From the NCBI GenBank assembly GCA_041307885.1, contig JBFZCO010000062.1:3904-67903 (forward strand): a stretch of 64,000 nt of DNA. Direction: 5' to 3'. Made by a program: the position numbers and the translations under genes. Below the pieces are notes generated by a model. The model saw nothing but the letters and a program-made list of their open reading frames with translations. It did no database searches and was not told the DNA's origin. Numbering within the stretch: the first letter of the stretch is position 1; each line of letters opens with the position of its first letter. This DNA is from Burkholderiales bacterium (GTDB taxonomy: Bacteria > Pseudomonadota > Gammaproteobacteria > Burkholderiales > Burkholderiaceae). Shown here one piece after another: positions 1 through 9,118 of this stretch.

Positions 1-283
1 GACGCCCCAGAATTAAGTGAGATTGAATAATTTCTTCAATATCTTCAGTATCCACAAAGGTATACCAAATTCCCTCCGGATAAATGACCATGACTGGACC
101 ATCAGCACAGCGATCTAAACAGCCCGCTTTATTGACGCGAATCTTGCCAGGGCCATTAAGTCCTAATTCTTTTACACGATTTTTTGCATACTCAAATAAT
201 GCAAATGCATTGTGCTGATCGCAACAATTTTCGCCATTACTGCGTTTATTCAGACAGAAAAATAAGTGGTTCTTAAAGCTCAT
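1..283 (-). CDS. Thioredoxin-like [2Fe-2S] ferredoxin (3' end runs off the window; not in the ORF track)
   Basis: Manual translation from ATG at 283: MSFKNHLFFCLNKRSNGENCC...KIRVNKAGCLDRCADGPVMVIYPEGIWY...EEIIQSHL, showing the family Cys pattern and the GCL.RC..GP...YP.G.WY motif. Confidence 0.9.
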   Translation of the reverse strand, partial: MSFKNHLFFCLNKRSNGENCCDQHNAFALFEYAKNRVKELGLNGPGKIRVNKAGCLDRCADGPVMVIYPEGIWYTFVDTEDIEEIIQSHLILGR

Positions 284-295
284 AAATAATATTCA

Positions 296-1390
296 TTAGG
301 GGGTTGATTGAAACGCTGATCGATTACGTGCAGCCCAGAATAATGCCAATGGCAACCATATTACTGAAACCCATTGCATTAGTTCATTAAAGTGCAAAAG
401 TCGCCCTTGATTCCAATGCCTTAAGGTCATCAGAAAGTAGGGATTATCTGGCAAGAGGTTGATTGCCAAGGTCGCACTCACCAAACAAATCAGTGCCATC
501 CAAAACTTCGTTATTCCAGAAAACGCTAAAGTCAATTTCAATAGAATACTTCCAAGCACCATACCCCACATAGCTCCAGCAGTTAGCCACAAGAGACCGA
601 ACTCTGAACCAAATTGCAATGCTGTAAATACAATCTTAATGGCTACGGTCATTCCTAGAAGGCTCATTAAGATTTTCCATTGCGGGGCTTTTGCCCGCAT
701 CCCCAAAGAAAGTAAAAGTCCTGCGCCCAACCAACAAAGAGCAGTGATAACGGCCTCTTGAACAACATGGTTAATCACCATCGTTCCCCAATCGACTGAA
801 GCAAAGATGGCATGACCCCAAACACCCGTTCCTAACCAAGAGCTTTGTGGATAAATTTGCGACCAAGGAAAAAGGAGTAATAAAGCACATGCGGCCCAAT
901 TAAGCCCAAACCACTGATCAAAACGTCGGCGTATAAGACTGCCAGATAGCCATTGCGGGCCTAAAGGAATGGCAAGTAAGGCGCCTAGTAAGCCCCCAAG
1001 CATATTTGCCCACCAATCCATTTGACTGGGAATGCGAGTTGGCAACCAAGTTTGCAAGGATTCGACACTGAAGGCTAAAAGTGCGCTAAATCCCAGGGCA
1101 ATTCCTAGGGCAACAAAGTTGCGCCAACGTGGATAGCAAGCAACAACCAATAGAAACCCCAAGGGGATATAGGCCAAGATATTGACCGACACATCAAACA
1201 AGGTAATAAATCGGGGTAAAGGAGCGCTCAGCCAGGCCCATCCTGCAATTCCATTCTGAAATTGGAAATCAAAGGGGGTTAAGCTCACGTAAATAATCAA
1301 TAAGGCATAGCTCAAGCTGATAGCTCGAGCCAAAGGCATGGCCTGGAGTGGCCAAACAAACTTACGGGGACGCTGGTCTTCCTGTTGCAT
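296..1390 (-). CDS. VanZ-family integral membrane protein
   Basis: Motifs D...NILAYIPLG and SVESLQTWLPTRIPSQMDWWAN, plus many hydrophobic segments. Confidence 0.8.
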   Translation of the reverse strand: MQQEDQRPRKFVWPLQAMPLARAISLSYALLIIYVSLTPFDFQFQNGIAGWAWLSAPLPRFITLFDVSVNILAYIPLGFLLVVACYPRWRNFVALGIALGFSALLAFSVESLQTWLPTRIPSQMDWWANMLGGLLGALLAIPLGPQWLSGSLIRRRFDQWFGLNWAACALLLLFPWSQIYPQSSWLGTGVWGHAIFASVDWGTMVINHVVQEAVITALCWLGAGLLLSLGMRAKAPQWKILMSLLGMTVAIKIVFTALQFGSEFGLLWLTAGAMWGMVLGSILLKLTLAFSGITKFWMALICLVSATLAINLLPDNPYFLMTLRHWNQGRLLHFNELMQWVSVIWLPLALFWAARNRSAFQSTP

Positions 1391-1427
1391 CCCCCAATTC
1401 TAGGTCAGACCTTTCTACAATGTAGAA

Positions 1428-2228
1428 ATGAGCTGGAATTGCATCCTAGAGCGTGTCGGTCATACCGAATCAACCAATGACGATTTATTGGCGCGTTGGC
1501 GTGCGGGCGAATTGATTGACCCCGTAGCCAGAATTGCCCATGAACAAACGGCCGGCAAAGGTCGAGCTGGTCGAGTTTGGCATGCGAGGCCCGAAGATAG
1601 TCTGTGTTTTTCTCTGGCCTACCCCTTTCACTGTCGGCCAAATGAACTAAGCGGCCTAAGCCTAGTCATGGGCCTTGCTGTCATTCATGGAATTTCCCAG
1701 GCCTTGAAGATAGATGAAGCCAGACTCCACCAATTAGGATTGAGGCTCAAATGGCCTAATGACCTCCTACTAAATAACGCCAAACTTGGGGGCATTCTGA
1801 TCGAAGGCGGCCAAGCTAATCCAAACTCTCCCACCTGGATGATCATCGGTGTTGGCCTCAATCTTCGTCAAGCTCAATTGATTGCAAAGGATCTACAAAA
1901 TCAAAACTCGCTCGGTGTGGCAGCTCTTGATCAACTTATCACTGATTCCAATGTCATTGCGGATCATGAATTTATTTGGCTCAAGATAATTGAAGCATTT
2001 GAAAAGTACCTCACTACATTTATTGAGCATGGCTTTCCATGCTTTAAAGATACATGGTTACAGTGGGATGCTTTTGTTGGTCAGAATGTAGTTGTTTCTG
2101 GTGCTGCAACTGATTCCATTGTCGGTATTTGCTCAGGTGTAGACGATAATGGTGCTTTACTAATTCAGCAACGAGATAAGATACTTGCGATTAATGCAGG
2201 CGATGTCTCCTTACGGGCGCAATCATGA
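1428..2228 (+). CDS. birA: Biotin--[acetyl-CoA-carboxylase] ligase (no N-terminal HTH)
   Basis: STN, QTAGKGRAGRVW, LKWPNDL and KLGGILIE motifs. Confidence 0.95.
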   Translation: MSWNCILERVGHTESTNDDLLARWRAGELIDPVARIAHEQTAGKGRAGRVWHARPEDSLCFSLAYPFHCRPNELSGLSLVMGLAVIHGISQALKIDEARLHQLGLRLKWPNDLLLNNAKLGGILIEGGQANPNSPTWMIIGVGLNLRQAQLIAKDLQNQNSLGVAALDQLITDSNVIADHEFIWLKIIEAFEKYLTTFIEHGFPCFKDTWLQWDAFVGQNVVVSGAATDSIVGICSGVDDNGALLIQQRDKILAINAGDVSLRAQS

Positions 2229-3046
2229 GTTTTTATTTATTGTTTGATGTGGGCAATACGCGTCTTAAGTGGGCAGCAGTTGATTCGACTCAAAATACTA
2301 GTGATCGAAATAAAAAGCTTTGGGCCTACTCTGGGTCAGTGAATACCAAATCATTGCAATCTCCAGAGTTACGAGCAGAGCTATCTGATTACATTTCAAA
2401 AACCCTGCCTAAGCCAGATGCAATCGGATTTTGCTGTGTTGCTGGCGACGATGCTATTGAACATATTCAAAGTATTTTTCCACAGTGGGAAGATATTCGC
2501 TGGCAACAATTAAAGGGTGATAGCCACTATGAAGGCATGCGCTCCTTGTATGACGATCCTAGCAAGCTAGGACCCGACCGCTGGGCCGCACTGATCGGTG
2601 CTAGGGCTTTATCCAATACCAACTCACTCGTCATTAATGCTGGAACAGCGAGCACTATCGACCTACTCGGTGGAAATGGAGTTCACTATGGTGGATGGAT
2701 TTTGCCAGGGCTAGAATTAATGCAAGAAAGTCTTCAAAGCAAGACTGCACAACTTCCATTGGCAGAACGCAATCATCAAGATGCGCCCAAAATTCAATTT
2801 GGCACTAACACCAATGACGCCATCATTAGCGGTTGTGATGCAGCGCAGATCGGTGCAATGCTTTGCGCAAATTCCTTAGCGAAAAATATACAGCATCCCA
2901 TCCAACGTATTTGGCTTGATGGTGGCAATGCAAAAGTATTGGCCAATGAAATTAAAAAATTTCCCGAACTCGCATCGCTTCCAATTGAGCCAATTGAAGG
3001 TTTAGTACTTCGTGGCTTATGGGCTTGGTTAATTCAAAACTACTGA
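2225..3046 (+). CDS. coaX: Type III pantothenate kinase
   Basis: DVGNTRLKW, LGPDRW, AGTASTID and GGWILPG motifs; ATGA overlap with birA. Confidence 0.93.
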   Translation: MSFYLLFDVGNTRLKWAAVDSTQNTSDRNKKLWAYSGSVNTKSLQSPELRAELSDYISKTLPKPDAIGFCCVAGDDAIEHIQSIFPQWEDIRWQQLKGDSHYEGMRSLYDDPSKLGPDRWAALIGARALSNTNSLVINAGTASTIDLLGGNGVHYGGWILPGLELMQESLQSKTAQLPLAERNHQDAPKIQFGTNTNDAIISGCDAAQIGAMLCANSLAKNIQHPIQRIWLDGGNAKVLANEIKKFPELASLPIEPIEGLVLRGLWAWLIQNY

Positions 3047-3071
3047 TGCATATTTGTTAGGCATTTATCGA

Positions 3072-3560
3072 TTAGTTACGAATTTTGCCAAGTAAAGCAG
3101 TGGTGGAGCGCTCATAAAGAAAAGGGATAGCAATTGCCTTGCCACCCCAAGTTTTAACTAAGCGAGTCTCTTCTAAGCTATCGATATCGTAATCACCGCC
3201 TTTGACATAGATATCCGGGTGAATTTTGGCAATTAAATTGACGGGGGTTTGTTCAACAAACAAAACAGTCATGTCAACACTACTAAGAGCTGCTAATAGG
3301 GCCTGACGATCTGCCTCTGTATTAATAGGCCTATCATCGCCTTTTCCAAGCATTTTGACTGAAGTATCTGAGTTCACTCCAACTACCAGACTGGCCCCTA
3401 ATGCACGAGCTTGGGCCAAATAACTGGCATGCCCACGATGCAAGATATCGAATACTCCGTTCGTAAACACCAATGGCCTTGGAAGGGCCGCAATTCTGGC
3501 CTCCAACTCTCCTACAGGGCATACTTTGGACTCAAATGAAGGTAATGGAAGTGGGCTCAT
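3072..3560 (-). CDS. rfaE2: D-glycero-beta-D-manno-heptose 1-phosphate adenylyltransferase
   Basis: VFTNGVFDILHRGH, VGVNSD and YVKGGDY motifs. Confidence 0.92.
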   Translation of the reverse strand: MSPLPLPSFESKVCPVGELEARIAALPRPLVFTNGVFDILHRGHASYLAQARALGASLVVGVNSDTSVKMLGKGDDRPINTEADRQALLAALSSVDMTVLFVEQTPVNLIAKIHPDIYVKGGDYDIDSLEETRLVKTWGGKAIAIPFLYERSTTALLGKIRN

Positions 3561-3650
3561 AGCGCAATATTAATAGCATTAAAGACCAGTCAACGATATT
3601 TGCCAGAATGTCTTAGACTTAGACATCCCCCAATTCCTTGAAGGTTTGAC

Positions 3651-4235
3651 ATGATTTGCCACCTAGCACGATGGTCCCTAATGCTTTTATTGCTAGCGCC
3701 AGCTATAAAATTTGCGCAGGCAGCCCCCGCTTCCCCGGCAAACTGCAGTCCAGTTTTAGCTCATAGCTTTCTAAGACTTCAGGATGAGACGCCACAAAAT
3801 CTTTGCCAGTACCAAGGGAAAGTCATTTTGGTTGTTAATACAGCCAGTTATTGTGGTTTTACCAGCCAATATGATGGATTGGAAAAGCTATATGCTAAAT
3901 ACAAAGATCGGGGCCTAGTAGTGCTCGGATTCCCATCTAATGACTTTGGCCAACAAGAGCCGGGTAGCAATAAAGAAATTGCCGACTTTTGCAAAAATAC
4001 TTACGACGTCAAGTTCCCCATGTTTGCCAAGACCTCTGTGAGCGGGGCTAATCCGAACCCTTTGTTTAAGATGCTCATTGCCAAGACGGGTACTACGCCA
4101 AAATGGAATTTTTACAAGTATCTGATAGACCGTAATGGCAAGGTTGTAGACTCGTTTGGCAGCCTAACGCAGCCAAATAGCAATAGTATTACTGGTGAAA
4201 TTGAAAAACTACTTGGAGAAAAAATTAGTGGCTAA
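3651..4235 (+). CDS. Glutathione peroxidase family protein (Cys type) with probable signal peptide
   Basis: VVNTASYCGFT, LGFPSNDF and PKWNFYKYLI motifs; hydrophobic N-terminus ending in AQA. Confidence 0.9.
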   Translation: MICHLARWSLMLLLLAPAIKFAQAAPASPANCSPVLAHSFLRLQDETPQNLCQYQGKVILVVNTASYCGFTSQYDGLEKLYAKYKDRGLVVLGFPSNDFGQQEPGSNKEIADFCKNTYDVKFPMFAKTSVSGANPNPLFKMLIAKTGTTPKWNFYKYLIDRNGKVVDSFGSLTQPNSNSITGEIEKLLGEKISG

Positions 4236-5616
4236 GAAAAAAGTTGCCATCATTGGCGCCGGGATTTCTGGCCTTGGTTGCGCTTATGCATTAAGACAGC
4301 ACCCTGATTTAGATATTACTATTTTTGAGAGTGGCGCCCATATTGGCGGTCACAGCAATACCGTTGACATCACACTACAAACTGATCAAGGCCCCATTAG
4401 CTATGGAGTAGATACCGGATTTTTAGTATTTAATCGTAAAACCTATCCACGATTAGTTCGCCTCTTTGAAGAAATTGCCGTTCCAATTGCGCCGTCTGAA
4501 ATGTCCTTTTCTGTATCAATTGATACCAGCCAAAAAGCAGGGGGAAATCAAAAAATTGAATGGGCTGGTAATGACCTTAATTCATTTTTTGGACAGCGAT
4601 CCAATTTACTATCGCCATCATTTTGGAGAATGGCATATGACATCCTCCGCTTCAATCGGCTCGCAACTAAATTAGCAGAAGAACAAATTTCAGACAAACT
4701 TGAATACTCTGAGCCTGATGAACGAATCAAAGATTTTTTAGATAGAAATCGCTTTAGCAATAGCTTTAGAGAAAATTATTTTCTTCCAATGATTGGCGCT
4801 ATTTGGTCTTGCTCCGTTGAGCAGATGCTCGAGTTCCCAATCCAAACGATGGTGCGCTTTTGCCATAATCATGGTCTCTTGCAAATTCAAAATCGTCCGC
4901 AATGGCTTACTGTTAAAGGCGGATCACGCGAATACATCAAGCTATTGCTGGCAGCCTTAGACAAATTTCACGTCAAACTCATCCGCGAACCAATTGTCCG
5001 CGTCAATGCAAGCAAGGAAGAAAAGGGTTTGGTCGAATTAATCAGCTCTTCGACTTCTTACTGGTTTGATGAAGTTGTGATGGCATGCCATAGCGATCAA
5101 ACCTTGGAATTAGTGCATGGCATTAATCAAGATGCTCGTAATATTTTGGCGGCCATTCCTTATCAAAAGAATCGCGCTATTTTGCACACCGATCAAAACT
5201 TCTTACCAAATAGTAAGAGATGCTGGGCGGCATGGAATTACACTGCCAAGTCTGGTGCCAGCCCTACAGCCCAGCAGCATGTCAGCGTCAATTATTTAAT
5301 TAATCGCTTACAACCGCTTCCAAATGCACTTCAGAAAACTCCAATCATTGTGAGTTTAAATCCGCTTAGCGAACCTAATCCGCTGCTTGTTCATCAAGAA
5401 ATTCATTACTCACATCCTGTTTTTGACATGAAAGCAATTCAGGCACAAAAAGCCCTCCCCCTGATTCAGGGAAGCTCTAATATTTGGTATTGTGGGGCTT
5501 GGACTGGTTTTGGCTTTCATGAAGATGGATTACGCTCTGGTGAACTAGTGGCCAAGGATTTGATCGAGAATATTCGTCAGCCCATTCAAGTTAGCCCCAT
5601 TAAAGACGCTCAATAA
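4228..5616 (+). CDS. FAD/NAD(P)-binding oxidoreductase (amine-oxidase-like; UfaD-like fatty acid desaturase)
   Basis: IIGAGISGL Rossmann motif, GGHSNT, VDTGFLVFN, WAAWNY and CGAWTGFGFHEDG; GTG at 4228 follows GGAGA. Confidence 0.85.
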   Translation: MAKKKVAIIGAGISGLGCAYALRQHPDLDITIFESGAHIGGHSNTVDITLQTDQGPISYGVDTGFLVFNRKTYPRLVRLFEEIAVPIAPSEMSFSVSIDTSQKAGGNQKIEWAGNDLNSFFGQRSNLLSPSFWRMAYDILRFNRLATKLAEEQISDKLEYSEPDERIKDFLDRNRFSNSFRENYFLPMIGAIWSCSVEQMLEFPIQTMVRFCHNHGLLQIQNRPQWLTVKGGSREYIKLLLAALDKFHVKLIREPIVRVNASKEEKGLVELISSSTSYWFDEVVMACHSDQTLELVHGINQDARNILAAIPYQKNRAILHTDQNFLPNSKRCWAAWNYTAKSGASPTAQQHVSVNYLINRLQPLPNALQKTPIIVSLNPLSEPNPLLVHQEIHYSHPVFDMKAIQAQKALPLIQGSSNIWYCGAWTGFGFHEDGLRSGELVAKDLIENIRQPIQVSPIKDAQ

Positions 5617-6402
5617 ATGAATGTTGCAACCATCAATTTTGGGACAGTCAAACACCGGCGTTTCCGTCCAGCTCAAAATGCTTTTGGATATGGTGTTTTT
5701 ACAGTATCGATTCCGATGCGTTCGAGGGCTAAAAATAAGGCGCTTTTATCGCAGCATGGTTTAGGCGATAACCAATTGAGAATGTTCTCTTTTTTCGATA
5801 AAGACCATGGGCTTGGTGGTGAAAATAGTCTACAGTGGATCGAAAAAATTTTGGCAGATCACCATATTGAACATATTGATGGTGAAATTTGGCTACAAAC
5901 GTTCCCAAGGGTCTTAGGTTACGTTTTTAATCCTGTCAGTTTTTGGATTTGTACTCGCGCCAATGGGCAAGTTCAAGCTGTATTGGCTGAAGTCAATAAC
6001 ACGTTTGGCGAGCGTCACTGTTATCTGCTGCACGAAGATGACGGAATGCCTCTGAAATCAGGTCAAACACTCATTAGCAAAAAAGTGTTTCACGTTTCAC
6101 CATTTTGTGATGTGAGTGGTGAATATCATTTTCGCTTTTTATTCCCGCAAGATAGCATTTCAAAAAGAAATATAGTCTGTCGAATTGAATTGCATAAAGA
6201 TGGCATGCCGTTGATTAATACCAGCATTAGCGGCCTAGCTCAGCCTTTAAATAGGAAGGCTCTTTACTTGGCGCTACTGAGGTACCCCCTCATGAGTCTA
6301 GGTGTTATTACTCGGATTCATTGGCAGGCATTGAAATTATGGTTAAAAGGTGTACCCTTTCATACAAAACCTAAACCTCCTGCAATTGAGGTCACTGAAT
6401 GA
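5617..6402 (+). CDS. DUF1365 family protein (UfaO-like)
   Basis: H.R..P, PRVLGYVFNPVSFW, AEVNNTFGERHCY, FHVSPF and IHWQALKLWLKG motifs. Confidence 0.9.
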   Translation: MNVATINFGTVKHRRFRPAQNAFGYGVFTVSIPMRSRAKNKALLSQHGLGDNQLRMFSFFDKDHGLGGENSLQWIEKILADHHIEHIDGEIWLQTFPRVLGYVFNPVSFWICTRANGQVQAVLAEVNNTFGERHCYLLHEDDGMPLKSGQTLISKKVFHVSPFCDVSGEYHFRFLFPQDSISKRNIVCRIELHKDGMPLINTSISGLAQPLNRKALYLALLRYPLMSLGVITRIHWQALKLWLKGVPFHTKPKPPAIEVTE

Positions 6403-7694
6403 ATCGCCCTGGTCAATCTTTACTATCCCGTTTAAATTTTTCTCGTCCGCAATCAAGAGAATCTAAGGCTCAACAATATCGCATTAGTACAAAAACGATA
6501 TTGGGTATGCTTGAGCAATTGCGTGGCGGTTATTTATCAATTACTTTGCCAAATAATCAGATCAAATCATTTGGTGATAGTGCAGAGCAACTCCATGCTG
6601 AAATCCATATTCTTGATTGGTCAGTTTTCAAACAAGTGCTCTCCCATGGAGACATTGGATTTGCTGAAAGCTATATTCGCGGGCAATGGAATACCCCAGA
6701 TTTGAAGAGCGTTTTGGAGCTTGCTATTCTCAATCGGACTATTCTTGAGAGGGCAATTTATGGAAGTTGGTTTGGCTCGATCGTTTATCGCCTCAGACAT
6801 TGGCTCAGAGATAACTCGAAGTCAGGTAGCCGTAAAAATATTCATGCTCACTATGACTTAGGCAATGCTTTTTATACCTTATGGCTAGATCCAACTATGA
6901 GCTATTCCAGTGCCTGGTTCTCTGAAGGCGATAAGCAGCCTCTCATGGATGCTCAACGCTCTAAGATTGCGCGCATTCTAGCCGCCATTCAAACTCAGCA
7001 AGGGGATCGATTGCTAGAAGTAGGCTGTGGTTGGGGTGGCTTTATGGAAGAAGCCCTTAGGAATGGCAATCACATTACCGGCCTCACTTTATCTACTGAG
7101 CAAAAAGCCTTCGCACAATTACGTCTTGAACGGGTCAGTAAATCTATAGGGCAACCCCAAGACTTTGAAGTACGCTTACAGGACTATCGAGATTGCCAAG
7201 AGCAATTTGATGGCATCGCCTCTATTGAGATGTTTGAGGCAGTTGGTGAAAAGCATTGGGGTGAATATTTTCAAATGATTGCCGAACGCTTAAAAGCCGG
7301 CGGCAGAGCCTGTATTCAAACGATTGTGATTGCGGAAGAACTGTTTGAACGTTATCGTCATAGTACTGACTTTATCCAGCAGTATGTTTTCCCTGGTGGC
7401 ATGCTTCCATCTTCAGAAAAGTTTAAGGCCGCAGCCGCAAGTGCTGGCCTTGAAGTAGAAACAGAATTCGCATTTGGCGCAGACTATGCAAAAACCTTAT
7501 GCATTTGGCGTGACAGCTTTAATCAAAAAGTGGAAGAGATTTATCGCTTAGGCTTTGATGAGACCTTTGTACGTCTCTGGAATTTTTACCTTATGTATTG
7601 CGCTGCTGGTTTTACTCAAAAGAGTATTGACGTAGTTCAATTTACTTTAAAACATCAAGCCCCTAAGCTATCGGGCGATAGATTGACCTCATGA
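6399..7694 (+). CDS. Cyclopropane-fatty-acyl-phospholipid synthase family SAM methyltransferase (UfaM-like)
   Basis: NIHAHYDLGNAFY, LDPTMSYS, LEVGCGWG, SIEMFEAVG and YVFPGGMLPS motifs. Confidence 0.9.
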   Translation: MNRPGQSLLSRLNFSRPQSRESKAQQYRISTKTILGMLEQLRGGYLSITLPNNQIKSFGDSAEQLHAEIHILDWSVFKQVLSHGDIGFAESYIRGQWNTPDLKSVLELAILNRTILERAIYGSWFGSIVYRLRHWLRDNSKSGSRKNIHAHYDLGNAFYTLWLDPTMSYSSAWFSEGDKQPLMDAQRSKIARILAAIQTQQGDRLLEVGCGWGGFMEEALRNGNHITGLTLSTEQKAFAQLRLERVSKSIGQPQDFEVRLQDYRDCQEQFDGIASIEMFEAVGEKHWGEYFQMIAERLKAGGRACIQTIVIAEELFERYRHSTDFIQQYVFPGGMLPSSEKFKAAAASAGLEVETEFAFGADYAKTLCIWRDSFNQKVEEIYRLGFDETFVRLWNFYLMYCAAGFTQKSIDVVQFTLKHQAPKLSGDRLTS

Positions 7695-8458
7695 AACAAA
7701 AAGGCATTAGCAATTTTTCCCAGCAACGCATTTGGATCATTGGAGCCTCTAGTGGAATCGGGGAGGCATGCGCTAAGGCATTCTTTCAAGCAGGTGCAAA
7801 AGTTGCTCTTTCTAGTCGACGCGTCGAACGGTTAACTGCAATAGCAAGCAATCAAGATGCCTTAGTACTGCCATTAGATGTTACCCACAAGGAGCAAGTT
7901 GACTCGGCTTATAAAACCTTGTTAGAGAGCTGGGGCGGCATTGACTTGCTGCTGTTTGTATCTGGGGTCTATACCCCGCTGCGTGCAGATAACTTTGATT
8001 TTGATGTTGCGCAAAAGACCATTGATGCCAATTTACTAGGGCCAATGCGAGCCGTAGCGACAGTCTTGCCGCAAATGCTAAAACAACAATCTGGTCATAT
8101 AGCCATCGTAGGAAGTGTTGCAGGTTACAGCGGACTTCCAAAGGCTTTGGCTTATGGCCCAAGCAAAGCCGGCATTATTAATTTCTGTGAAACCCTATAT
8201 TACGACTTACTGCCTCAGGGAGTTAGCGTACATATGATTTCACCAGGATTTGTAGCGACTGAAGCAACTGCGCAAAATGACTTTGAGATGCCTGCTCTGA
8301 TCAGCGCAGAAGAGGCTGCCTCTGAAATTCTCAAGGGAATTCAAGCTGGGGAATTTGATATTCATTTCCCCAAAAGGTTCTCCGGTTTTCTCAAATTCTT
8401 ACGAATTCTGCCCTATCCTATTTACTTCTGGATCGTGCGGCGCTTTGTCAAAATTTAA
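7691..8458 (+). CDS. Short-chain dehydrogenase/reductase
   Basis: GASSGIG cofactor motif and YGPSK catalytic motif; ATGA-coupled to the upstream gene. Confidence 0.9.
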   Translation: MKQKGISNFSQQRIWIIGASSGIGEACAKAFFQAGAKVALSSRRVERLTAIASNQDALVLPLDVTHKEQVDSAYKTLLESWGGIDLLLFVSGVYTPLRADNFDFDVAQKTIDANLLGPMRAVATVLPQMLKQQSGHIAIVGSVAGYSGLPKALAYGPSKAGIINFCETLYYDLLPQGVSVHMISPGFVATEATAQNDFEMPALISAEEAASEILKGIQAGEFDIHFPKRFSGFLKFLRILPYPIYFWIVRRFVKI

Positions 8459-8461
8459 AAA

Positions 8462-9118
8462 TTACTTGTAATTATTTTTTCGAATTTTGTCTTCAAGGTG
8501 ATCCATCACCACAATTGATTTGGCCTTTGTACCCGCAATCGATGGTGAGGTCACATAGCGACCCTGCATCACAATCGTAGGAACGCCATCAATGCGATAA
8601 GTATCAGCCATTTGTTTTGCAGCTCGCGCTTTTGAAACAACCGCAAATGAGCGATATGAAGCTAAGAAAGCATTACGGTCAACACCTTGGGCGGCCACCC
8701 AATCTGCAATATCATTTTCGGTCATGAGGCGTTTATTCTCTTTGTGCATAGCGTACATAACCTTATCGTTCAGAGCATCGCCTTTCCCCATAGCCTCAAG
8801 CGCGTAGAACAACTGACTGTGCGGCATAAAGTCATCTCGGAAGGCAACGGGTACTTTGCGAAAGCTCACATCTTTTGGCTGACGCTTTAGCCAAGCTTTT
8901 AGCTCTGGCTCAAAGTCGTAACAATGTGGACATCCGTACCAAAAAAATTCAATGACTTCGACCTTGCCCTTAGTCTCAACCGGTTGCGGAACTGGTAGAA
9001 CCCGATAATCAAAACCCTCTTCAATTTTGGGGCCTTGGGCACTTGCAAGCCCAGAAAATGAAATGGCTACTGCTGCGCTTGCGCAAGATAAAAAGATTCG
9101 TTTAGAGATTGAAATCAT
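8462..9118 (-). CDS. dsbA: Thiol:disulfide interchange protein DsbA
   Basis: Signal peptide, EFFWYGCPHC active site, GVPT cis-Pro loop. Confidence 0.93.
   Translation of the reverse strand: MISISKRIFLSCASAAVAISFSGLASAQGPKIEEGFDYRVLPVPQPVETKGKVEVIEFFWYGCPHCYDFEPELKAWLKRQPKDVSFRKVPVAFRDDFMPHSQLFYALEAMGKGDALNDKVMYAMHKENKRLMTENDIADWVAAQGVDRNAFLASYRSFAVVSKARAAKQMADTYRIDGVPTIVMQGRYVTSPSIAGTKAKSIVVMDHLEDKIRKNNYK

Noticed and set aside
846-854. Perfect DnaA box (TGTGGATAA)
   Set aside because: It is a single copy inside the vanZ CDS, with no box cluster or AT-rich unwinding element, so it is not an origin.
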